Below, piece by piece: positions 27,684-34,834 of a DNA stretch of 34,834 nucleotides. Every line of letters starts with the position of its first letter. The stretch's first letter is position 1. Location: positions 1-34,834 of the IMG/VR virus record IMGVR_UViG_2541047861_000007; one strand, written 5' to 3'. The DNA is from a virus (Duplodnaviria; Heunggongvirae; Uroviricota; Caudoviricetes). Both the position numbers and the translations under genes were made by a program. A model generated the notes under the pieces. That model worked only from the letters and a program-made list of their open reading frames with translations, did no database searches and was not told the origin of the DNA.

Positions 27684-30464
27684 TTATTTGTTCCCACTCT
27701 TTACTCCTCTTCGCAGTAGGTCAGCTTTGTGGCAGGCGCGTTCGGTTGTTTCACAGATTCTTTGTGTGTGCTCTGTGTCGTGAATGGCGCGCAGCATGTC
27801 AGAAAGCACAGTAACGGGGGTTTTCATGGTGTTCTGGTCCTGCTGAAGTGTGGATGCCAGGCGTGCGGCGGCTTCGGGGTCTGATGCCCCCAGCTGTTCC
27901 AGATAGCTGGCGACCGGGTTATGGCGGATCTCCGTGCTGCTTACGCCGTGATTACGGCTCAGGCGCTGCCAGAGCTGCGTGATTCGGCTGTCCGGGCGGG
28001 TATCCGGTTTGCGTACAATTTCAAATCCCTGCGGTGCAATGATGCTGCCGTCAACGTACAGGCTGCCGCCCCGTAACAGGTGCTGCATCTGCTGTTCACC
28101 GATATGCAGGCCGAGAGATTCGGCAGATTCCCGCCATTCTTTAGCGAGTAATTCGTGGTTATCAGGCAAAGGCCGCTGCTGTTTGCGGCTCTGTGTCCAG
28201 CTCTGCATTTCATCACTGCTGTTTTTTGCCTGTTTGTCACGCAGCGAACGCATCAGCGCCCGGCGTTCGTACCGTTTCAGTGAGCGCATCCATTCATCCA
28301 CATCAACGCCGTCAGGAAGCTGCGGCCACAGTGCTGGCCGTTCTTCCGGCTGTTCTGTCCCGTTGTTGTCTGTTTCCTGTACACGGGGACAGTTATTGCC
28401 ACGAGTCCAAGGGGCGGCAGGGCCGCCCTGAAGGTCAAAACCATTTTCGCGGGTGCTGTCTTCCGCTTCCGGTTTACGTCTTACCAGCTTCCAGTTATCT
28501 GGGTGCGTGCACACACGGGAGGATTCCCCGATGAGTGGTGACCAGATCCCGTAAATCTGTACGCTCTGTTCGCCGTAATCGTTCAGCTCATCTGCGAGGT
28601 CGTAGGCGGTGCGAATCAGGTAGTCCTTGCGTGGAACAAGTACGCCACCCTGTTTTTCAATGTAGGAGGCAAAACACCCGGCATCAGCGGCAGCGAGTAC
28701 CGCATCCATTGCGTCATCCTTCAGCCGTTGCGGGCCTTCCGGGTTGCGTGCCATCTGGCTGGCAAGGCGGCGCAGTTCACGCCACACCTGACGGGAGGGG
28801 ATGCCAAAGAACTGGAACTGGCGGACCCGGTGAAGGCGCGCCCAGCCGATGGCGCGCTCCACGCTCTCGGCCATTGATTTTCCGGTTTCGTGGTCAACGC
28901 GTGGTTTGCCCGTTTTCGGGTCGATGCCATCCACGGCGCGGCTGTCCAGGTTTTTTCCGATGTAGGTCGCGATATAGCTGGTTGGTGTGCCTTTTAAGCC
29001 GTCGACATACTCCACCTTAAAGCGCGGAGTAATATCATTGCCCAGCTCGTGGCGGTCTTCCTGAATGGCAATATCGCGGGTGATGGCCACGATGCTGTCG
29101 ATTTCTTCCGGATGAGCAAAGACCATCATATGCCAGTGCACGGTGCCGTCATGGTGAGGCTCCACCGTGCGGATGCCATACCAGCGCAGACCGTCGCGGT
29201 TCAGTTTTTTGCGGACCGCCGCAAAAAACGTGTTAACCAGGTAATCGCTGGAGTCGCGCATGGTGGCCCCGTTCCATTTGGGATTCGGATGACCGTTCTC
29301 TGTTGTGGCGTGGTATTTTGATGGGCAGGTGACAGTCAGAAACACCGCTTTGTCGCCACGGGCCTCGGCCAGAAGTTCCAGCCCCTTCATGGTGGCCATC
29401 ATTTCTGCCTTACGGTGAACCGGGTTACTTACTCCCGCGTAATACACTGTCTCGAGATCAATCGTGAACCCGTCTTCGTTTTCCAGCATGAAACTTTTCA
29501 GGAAATCGCGTGTTTTCTCGCGCTGTGCGCGAAACTCGCTTAACGCGTCCTGGCTCAGATAGGGCGATGTTTTTCTGGAAACCAGACAGGCGGCGCGGAG
29601 TTGTTCTTCTCTCCACTCGCAACGTAACAGCCACAGTTTGCGTTTCCACCATTCAGCACAGGTCAGGCGAAGGATTGCGCCTGGCAGCAGCTCCGTGTCC
29701 GGTTCGTTCCTCCGATCTCTATCTGTTGTCAGTGCGTCATAATGTGGAGGCATGGCGTGCAGGTGTAACGCCATGCGGGCCAGCATCTGATACGCCTTCA
29801 GCGTTACATCCATGGTCAGCTCACCATCGGTCGCGCCAAAGCCATCGCAGAGTTTTTCGAAGGTGCTGCTGAACATCGCCGCCGTCATGGTGGCCAGCGT
29901 CTGTATCTGGTGTTTGTTGAGCTGCGGCAGGTAAAGCAAATCGTCCAGGCGTTCGCGTCCGGCAAGGGAGCGATACCCCTGTGTCAGCCAGCGGCTGTCG
30001 GTGCGCTCCAGACGTTCGAATATTTTGCGCAGGTTTCCGCGCGCGTAGCGTTCGGCCTGCCAGCTCTTTTTGCCTTTCTGACGATCGGCTTCCTGCTTCT
30101 TGCGCAGGAACGAGAGGTGGCGGCTCAGGGGTTCTCGCAGATAAACGGGAAGCACCTTCAGTGTGGCAAAGGCACGGGCCACCGGGTCTTGTTCTGTTGC
30201 CCGACGCTTACTGATGATGCTTTGTGCCAGCTTTTCACGCTGTCCGGCTTCCTCAAGGGATGCCATGAGTTTTTTACCCATGGCGGATTGTGCGAAAAAG
30301 GCTTCCTCTTTCGCTTCCTGTTCTTCCTGGGCCTTTTTGTCTGCCTCAAGGTAGTAACGGATGGCGCGTTGCAGGTCGGTTTCAGTTTCCTGCCTGCGCT
30401 CCGTAAATCTGGCCGGATCAATGGCTGGCCGTGGTTCATTCCAGCTCCATGCAAACTCACTCAT
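27684..30464 (-). CDS. A: Replication initiation protein A (rolling-circle endonuclease, P2 gpA family)
   Basis: Large protein with a HUH-type motif region (DGTVHWHMMVF) and a tyrosine-containing segment (TSYIATYIGKN); start placed at MSEFAWSW where the ATG overlaps the upstream gene stop (ATGA). Confidence 0.92.
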   Translation of the reverse strand: MSEFAWSWNEPRPAIDPARFTERRQETETDLQRAIRYYLEADKKAQEEQEAKEEAFFAQSAMGKKLMASLEEAGQREKLAQSIISKRRATEQDPVARAFATLKVLPVYLREPLSRHLSFLRKKQEADRQKGKKSWQAERYARGNLRKIFERLERTDSRWLTQGYRSLAGRERLDDLLYLPQLNKHQIQTLATMTAAMFSSTFEKLCDGFGATDGELTMDVTLKAYQMLARMALHLHAMPPHYDALTTDRDRRNEPDTELLPGAILRLTCAEWWKRKLWLLRCEWREEQLRAACLVSRKTSPYLSQDALSEFRAQREKTRDFLKSFMLENEDGFTIDLETVYYAGVSNPVHRKAEMMATMKGLELLAEARGDKAVFLTVTCPSKYHATTENGHPNPKWNGATMRDSSDYLVNTFFAAVRKKLNRDGLRWYGIRTVEPHHDGTVHWHMMVFAHPEEIDSIVAITRDIAIQEDRHELGNDITPRFKVEYVDGLKGTPTSYIATYIGKNLDSRAVDGIDPKTGKPRVDHETGKSMAESVERAIGWARLHRVRQFQFFGIPSRQVWRELRRLASQMARNPEGPQRLKDDAMDAVLAAADAGCFASYIEKQGGVLVPRKDYLIRTAYDLADELNDYGEQSVQIYGIWSPLIGESSRVCTHPDNWKLVRRKPEAEDSTRENGFDLQGGPAAPWTRGNNCPRVQETDNNGTEQPEERPALWPQLPDGVDVDEWMRSLKRYERRALMRSLRDKQAKNSSDEMQSWTQSRKQQRPLPDNHELLAKEWRESAESLGLHIGEQQMQHLLRGGSLYVDGSIIAPQGFEIVRKPDTRPDSRITQLWQRLSRNHGVSSTEIRHNPVASYLEQLGASDPEAAARLASTLQQDQNTMKTPVTVLSDMLRAIHDTEHTQRICETTERACHKADLLRRGVKSGNK

Positions 30465-30850
30465 GGCTGGTATCCCGTCACGCGCTGCCACTCCTGCGAG
30501 AAGAGGGCGGAAAGGCGGTTAAACTCAGCGGTGTATTCACTCAGCGAGGCACACCCGCCAGCAGTGCGATGCGCCAGCATTGCCGCAAATACGGAGGCCG
30601 GGGAGTCGTAATACGCCAGCAGTGATTCGCCGTGCGGTGTCAGGCAGTGCAACGCCAGTCCGTGTGGTGTGAAGTCCACGCGGTAGCAGTCGTCTACTGT
30701 GAAATAAAGGGTATCCACATTCTCCGGTTTTGTGGTGCGTGCTCTGTTGTCACGACCACGAATGTAGAGATCAAATAATCCCCGAAGAATGGGAGCCAGA
30801 CGGGTGTCCTGTGTGCGCACCCATCTTGTGAAGTCATGAGCGTCAATCAT
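30461..30850 (-). CDS. Hypothetical early protein at the position of P2 gene B, translationally coupled to A
   Basis: 129-aa ORF in the early operon; function not recognisable from sequence. Confidence 0.5.
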   Translation of the reverse strand: MIDAHDFTRWVRTQDTRLAPILRGLFDLYIRGRDNRARTTKPENVDTLYFTVDDCYRVDFTPHGLALHCLTPHGESLLAYYDSPASVFAAMLAHRTAGGCASLSEYTAEFNRLSALFSQEWQRVTGYQP

Positions 30851-30958
30851 GCTGCAATTCTCTCTACTAAGGATGTGCGAAGGCTTCCTGCCAAAAAACT
30901 CAGAAGCGGTCGGTTACAGAAATTGGCGTTCTACGAGTAGTTATTGCTGGCTTGAGGT

Positions 30959-31177
30959 TCATTTCTGTTTAATGCCGTGCATGCTGTAGAAGAAATCAAA
31001 AGTGTTATCTATGCGTATCATGAGCTCACGCTGCATCGCTTCTGGTGTTTCTGGTTCACCTGGTGAGCCAACTCCCGCGAAGAAATCACCGATCTCGCTT
31101 TGAATAAGTGCCTTTAGCGTTGCTGAGGAATTCAGGTGTGTGCGGTGATGTCTGCGAGTGATTCTTCTCCTGCTCAT
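30959..31177 (-). CDS. Hypothetical early protein (72 aa, basic N-terminus)
   Basis: ORF in early-operon orientation; stop overlaps the next gene's start region. Confidence 0.45.
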   Translation of the reverse strand: MSRRRITRRHHRTHLNSSATLKALIQSEIGDFFAGVGSPGEPETPEAMQRELMIRIDNTFDFFYSMHGIKQK

Positions 31178-31377
31178 TTGCGTGGATCCTGTACCTGTCG
31201 GATAAGATTCACCCGCGCCACATTAGTGGCGCAGAAGTAAGTACCGTCAATGAGATAGATGTGGTGTGCATCCTTTTCTGAGCGGTGTTTGTCGATTGTG
31301 GTAATCAGGCGTTCGTCGACTTCGTATTCACGTCCTCTGGAAGTGAAACGAACGACAGGAAAATGCTTAATTGCCAT
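31174..31377 (-). CDS. Hypothetical early protein (67 aa)
   Basis: ORF in early-operon orientation. Confidence 0.45.
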   Translation of the reverse strand: MAIKHFPVVRFTSRGREYEVDERLITTIDKHRSEKDAHHIYLIDGTYFCATNVARVNLIRQVQDPRK

Positions 31378-31465
31378 TACGCCTCCTGGGCGTGTGCGAA
31401 TACCTCCGCGAATGCGGATTGTTTTTACATTTTCTTATTTAACCTAGGGTTTTTATTTGCGCTGT

Positions 31466-31578
31466 TATTCGCCAGTGAAAATGCGTTCAATCTTTTTTAC
31501 TGAATGAATAATTTGCATAATCCCAATGGCGCAGACCACCGAAATAATCAGGACAAGCCATGAGATAAATATACTCAT
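31466..31578 (-). CDS. Small hydrophobic peptide (37 aa, single predicted transmembrane helix)
   Basis: MSIFISWLVLIISVVCAIGIMQIIHSVKKIERIFTGE; its ATG overlaps the TGA of the upstream ORF (ATGA). Not on the ORF track because it is short. Confidence 0.35.
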
Positions 31579-31817
31579 GCAATATTCCCCAGCTTATACG
31601 GTTCAATATGTTCCCCGCATTCTGCGGCACAGATCAGCTCGGAAAGTTCGTTAAGTGCATCCAGATCATCAGCGTAAAAAGCCACGTCATACAGACTCCG
31701 GATTGCCCTGGTCAATGAGTCACGGGCTGCACGTTCAGCATGAGCACCTGATGCACTTAAGCGAAAATAAAAACGCTCAAGTGCTTTGTTAATGAGAGTT
31801 TTATATTCTTTGCCCAT
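31575..31817 (-). CDS. Hypothetical early protein (80 aa)
   Basis: ORF in early-operon orientation. Confidence 0.5.
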   Translation of the reverse strand: MGKEYKTLINKALERFYFRLSASGAHAERAARDSLTRAIRSLYDVAFYADDLDALNELSELICAAECGEHIEPYKLGNIA

Positions 31818-31828
31818 CGCAACGCCCT

Positions 31829-32107
31829 TTAATCTGCTTTCTGAATTTCAGCTTCTGAATCCATACAAATAATTTCGATATAGGGTTCATCGCCATTAAT
31901 CTTACGTGCTTTTTCAGCTTCGCTAATGATTCCGTGTACAGTCTGGTACGGAAGTTCTACGGTCAGGCGCGTGCCGTTCAGATAAACGTAAGTAGCTGCA
32001 TTTTTTTCTGATGGGACAACTCCATCAATAGCTGATGCGCGCAATAACAGTTCACCGCGAAAATCAATAAAACGGATAAATACACCTTGTGCATGCTCTT
32101 TGGTCAT
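31829..32107 (-). CDS. Hypothetical early protein (about 92 aa from MTKEHAQG)
   Basis: ORF in early-operon orientation; start chosen downstream of the preceding gene's stop. Confidence 0.45.
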   Translation of the reverse strand: MTKEHAQGVFIRFIDFRGELLLRASAIDGVVPSEKNAATYVYLNGTRLTVELPYQTVHGIISEAEKARKINGDEPYIEIICMDSEAEIQKAD

Positions 32108-32117
32108 AACGCACCTG

Positions 32118-32603
32118 TTATAAATCAGTCTGTTTAATAAAACTTTGCCCGCGAAGCAGACGATCAACCGTGCGAAGTGCTTCGTACAATGTGAAATCCT
32201 GTCCAAACTGATTGTCACCGTTGCTCAGAGCAAAAATGCGGTTTCCGGTAAATGGGTTGCGTTGGCATCTGTGAACCACGATTCCAGCTTTTTCAATCAG
32301 CCAGGTGTGTTCGCCAATTTGTTTTACTGTATGGCCATCTGGCGTTGCGTGCGTCTCGCTCAGGCTGTAGCGAGAGTTGCTACGTGATGCACTGGTAGTG
32401 AAGCGGTTAGCGTGGCGTTCTGCGCCGTTGCGGAAGCGCTGTTGTGAAGAATTGCGCTGTTGCTTCATGTCAAAAACTCCGTACCTGTTTACTTCCCCGG
32501 CATAACGCCCATTTTCAAAATAATTGCGGCGAAATCCCATGTTATTGGGTTCGCTGTTTCGCTGTTGCTTATTCATTTTTTGTGCCTCTACCCGATAAGC
32601 CAA
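32118..32603 (-). CDS. Hypothetical early protein, Gln/Arg/Asn-rich N-terminus
   Basis: 161-aa ORF with an alternative start at MNKQQRNS; low-complexity basic N-terminal half. Confidence 0.5.
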   Translation of the reverse strand: MAYRVEAQKMNKQQRNSEPNNMGFRRNYFENGRYAGEVNRYGVFDMKQQRNSSQQRFRNGAERHANRFTTSASRSNSRYSLSETHATPDGHTVKQIGEHTWLIEKAGIVVHRCQRNPFTGNRIFALSNGDNQFGQDFTLYEALRTVDRLLRGQSFIKQTDL

Positions 32604-32794
32604 ATAACAAACGCTATGAGCACCGCGCCAATAGTGGTCGGGAAAAGACCTCTGGTATAGGCGGCGAGGTAATGAACGTTGAGAACAATAAAGCGCTCTT
32701 TTTGTCCTGTTAGCTTGTTAAGCAGATAAATCGCTATTACACCCACTTCCAGGAATACAAGGTTCAGAATGGCGCTGATGATATTGCTGGTCAT
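32588..32794 (-). CDS. Small membrane protein (68 aa, two hydrophobic segments)
   Basis: MTSNIISAILNLVFLEVGVIAIYLL..LFPTTIGAVLIAFVIWLIG; C-terminal part of a longer ORF on the track, start chosen after the Cox-like stop. Confidence 0.4.
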   Translation of the reverse strand: MTSNIISAILNLVFLEVGVIAIYLLNKLTGQKERFIVLNVHYLAAYTRGLFPTTIGAVLIAFVIWLIG

Positions 32795-32804
32795 TTTTGT
32801 GTGT

Positions 32805-33326
32805 TTAGTTGCCTTCGCTGCTTTTGAGTCGCTCCAGCTTTGAACTTCTGCCTGTATAAACTCGCTTACCGTTAATGGTCTGGCAGTCTTCTTTATTAGC
32901 TGGAAAGAACTTTCTTTTCTGGCGGTCATACGTCCAGTAACTTTTCCAGTTGTGCCATTCTGGTGGCTCAAGTTCCGGTAGCTCGTCAGCCAGTGCGTCC
33001 CACTCTTTGGCGTTAAACCACCATACTCCGTCTGAGTTTTCATCTTCCGGGTTTGTGCGCGTCTTGTGTCCCGGCATTTGACCGCGATGAATGGCTACGC
33101 GCAGTGCAGATTTTGTTAGCCCAATATATGCCGCGCCTTTTTCCAGAGAGCAAAGCCCGGCGATCGGACCATCCAGCCGTAAAGTCGCTCCTTTTTTGTA
33201 GGAACGCTTTTTCTTGTTTTCTTCGTGTTCGTCGTCGTTGGCGGCATCAATGGATCCGCTGAGTGCGTCACTTTCCTGAAGTGGTTGGTGGTCAGATAAC
33301 TCTTTATCGGCAATGAAGTCCCGCAT
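32805..33326 (-). CDS. Cox/Apl-like HTH excisionase-regulator, first gene of the early operon (start uncertain)
   Basis: Divergent from the repressor gene; contains an HTH-like segment (AAYIGLTKSALRVAIHRGQMPG) followed by a Trp-rich region (GVWWFNAKEWD), analogous to P2 Cox, but the ORF is 173 aa with an acidic N-terminal extension. Confidence 0.5.
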   Translation of the reverse strand: MRDFIADKELSDHQPLQESDALSGSIDAANDDEHEENKKKRSYKKGATLRLDGPIAGLCSLEKGAAYIGLTKSALRVAIHRGQMPGHKTRTNPEDENSDGVWWFNAKEWDALADELPELEPPEWHNWKSYWTYDRQKRKFFPANKEDCQTINGKRVYTGRSSKLERLKSSEGN

Positions 33327-33386
33327 TTGTTATCCTCTTGCGTTGGTGCGCTTGTCGCGCCTTGTGATGGTTTGTTTTGGCTTGTA

Positions 33387-33441
33387 AAGATAATCAAACG
33401 GTTATCTTTGTGCGAGAGGTTAATACTCAAATGGTTATCTT
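33387..33441. promoter_or_regulatory. Immunity-switch operator/promoter region between the Cox-like and C genes
   Basis: Two direct GGTTATCTT repeats about 33 bp apart (near 33400 and 33433); the first is part of a palindrome AAGATAA-N8-TTATCTT. P2 C binds direct repeats flanking the early promoter. Confidence 0.55.
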
Positions 33442-33772
33442 GTCAATAGACTATGCAAAAAAGTTACGTCAGATACGTAAGGCGGAAGGGTTAACACAAA
33501 AGCAGTTTGCGGATATTACTGGGTTGTCTTTGGCAACCATAAGGAATTACGAATCGGGGCAAAAGAACGCTAGAGCAAAAATCGTTGAGGCGGTTCTGCA
33601 AGTCGATCGCTTTGAAAAATACATGCTGTGGCTAATAAAAGATAAGACGCTACCTGTCGCCGGGCAGATTGCTCCGGCTCTCTCTCTTGATGGATCTATT
33701 CAGTCGGAGGGCGATCAGGTTTCAATCGGTATTACCCAAAAATCACCCCGATCAGGCCGCAATGTTGGCTGA
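33431..33772 (+). CDS. C: Immunity repressor C (P2 C-type)
   Basis: HTH (LTQKQFADITGLSLATIRNYESGQ) and C-terminal AGQIAPALSLDG matching P2 C (SGQIAPALAHFG); ATG at 33431 preceded by GAGAGG. The ORF track extends upstream to a TTG at 33377. Confidence 0.85.
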   Translation: MVILSIDYAKKLRQIRKAEGLTQKQFADITGLSLATIRNYESGQKNARAKIVEAVLQVDRFEKYMLWLIKDKTLPVAGQIAPALSLDGSIQSEGDQVSIGITQKSPRSGRNVG

Positions 33773-33841
33773 CTCTACACATTGAGCGAATTACATATCG
33801 CAAGGAGTGTTTAGTTAATTTATCCGTTGGAGGGGCTAATC

Positions 33842-34834
33842 ATGTCGATTAAGCAACTCAAAGACGGACGTTATCAGGTCGATGTCAGACCGCAGGGGGC
33901 GGAAGGAAAGCGGATTCGAAAAATCTTTGCCCTGAAATCAAAGGCTCAGGAGTTTGAGAAGTATGTGTTACAGAACTTTCATGACAAGCCATGGCAGGCT
34001 AAGCCAGCTGATCAGCGGCGATTATCAGAGCTGCTTGATGCGTGGTGGATGCTTGATGGGCGTAATCAGGCTTACGGGGATAGCTACAGGGTTAGGCTAG
34101 GGAAGGTTGTTCGTGAAATGGGAGATCCTCGCGCCAGTCAGATGACGCGAAAATTTATGCTTGAATATCGGTCAGAGAAATTACAGGCCGGATTAATGCC
34201 GTCCAGTATTAATCGTGACTTATGCGTACTGTCTACCATGTTCACGGTGCTGATTGAAGCTGAGGTCTTTCACAACGCGAACCCTGTACGCGGTATACGA
34301 AAACTGAAAGTTCAGAACACAGAGATGGCCTTTCTTTCTGATGATGAGATTGAACGGCTTCTTGAGCGACTGGAGGGTGATGCGCGTCGTGTTGCCATTC
34401 TGTGTCTTTCTACTGGTGCCCGATGGAGTGAAGCATCGGAACTACGTGGAGAGCATATCGTTGGCAACCGGGTGACGTTCTTTAACACCAAAAACGGAAA
34501 ATCCCGTTCGGTTCCTGTGGCGGATTCGGTCGTGCCTCTGATTAAAACCCGTCGAACGGGGTTATTGTATCAGGTTGATTATCTGAAGTTCCGGGAGATT
34601 CTTCAGGAGGTGAAACCGGATTTGCCGAAGGGGCAGGCTACGCATGTCATGCGTCATACGTTTGCCACACACTTTATGATGAATGGCGGAAATATTGTTA
34701 CGTTGCAACGAATCCTGGGGCACGCAACGATTCAGCAAACAATGACGTACGCTCATTTTTCGCCGGACTTTTTACAGGACGCGATCAACTTTAATCCGCT
34801 GGCTGAAAGTGTCCATAAACTGTCCATCGATTAG
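33842..34834 (+). CDS. int: Tyrosine integrase (P2 Int type)
   Basis: Start at MSIKQLKDGRYQVDVRP (P2 Int begins MAIKKLDDGRYEVDIRP); catalytic motifs ARWSEASELR, HVMRHTFATH, LGHATIQQTMTYAHF; downstream of C and reading toward the window edge. Confidence 0.93.
   Translation: MSIKQLKDGRYQVDVRPQGAEGKRIRKIFALKSKAQEFEKYVLQNFHDKPWQAKPADQRRLSELLDAWWMLDGRNQAYGDSYRVRLGKVVREMGDPRASQMTRKFMLEYRSEKLQAGLMPSSINRDLCVLSTMFTVLIEAEVFHNANPVRGIRKLKVQNTEMAFLSDDEIERLLERLEGDARRVAILCLSTGARWSEASELRGEHIVGNRVTFFNTKNGKSRSVPVADSVVPLIKTRRTGLLYQVDYLKFREILQEVKPDLPKGQATHVMRHTFATHFMMNGGNIVTLQRILGHATIQQTMTYAHFSPDFLQDAINFNPLAESVHKLSID

Larger units (their letters stand above)
1520..34834. mobile_element. P2-family prophage, nearly complete; left boundary approximate, right att beyond the window
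   Basis: Contiguous P2-like gene set from ogr to int in integrated-P2 order. int is the last gene and reads toward the window edge, so the int-proximal att is outside the window. Confidence 0.9.

Overview
The window holds the complete host gene serS (1..1293) followed by an almost complete P2-family temperate myovirus prophage (about 1.5 kb to the window end at 34834). All calls rest on reading the six-frame translations and the DNA by eye; no database search was run. Motif coordinates I counted by hand may be off by 1-2 bp; CDS coordinates follow the ORF track. Gene order matches the integrated P2 map: ogr, a cargo gene, D, FI-FII-E/E'-T-U, a Gin/Pin-family invertase with an invertible tail-fibre segment, H-I-J-W-V-S-R, the lysis cassette (spanins, endolysin, holin), X-L-M-N-O, P-Q, a cos-proximal region, a second cargo gene, replication gene A, a block of small early genes, Cox-like, repressor C and the integrase. 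The two most interesting loci are AT-rich single-gene cargo insertions with their own expression signals: a TIR-domain protein with an uncharacterised C-terminal domain (2430..3344) between D and ogr, and a KAP-family P-loop NTPase (26099..27463) at the old/tin position between A and cos. Both are candidate anti-phage defence or abortive-infection genes, the TIR gene being the best candidate for something undescribed. Other notable points are the inverted orientation of the FI-U block relative to canonical P2, an E/E' -1 frameshift, three TGTGCA hexamers phased at 10 bp near cos, and the C/Cox switch repeats. The int-proximal att site lies beyond the right edge and the ogr-proximal att core could not be identified.
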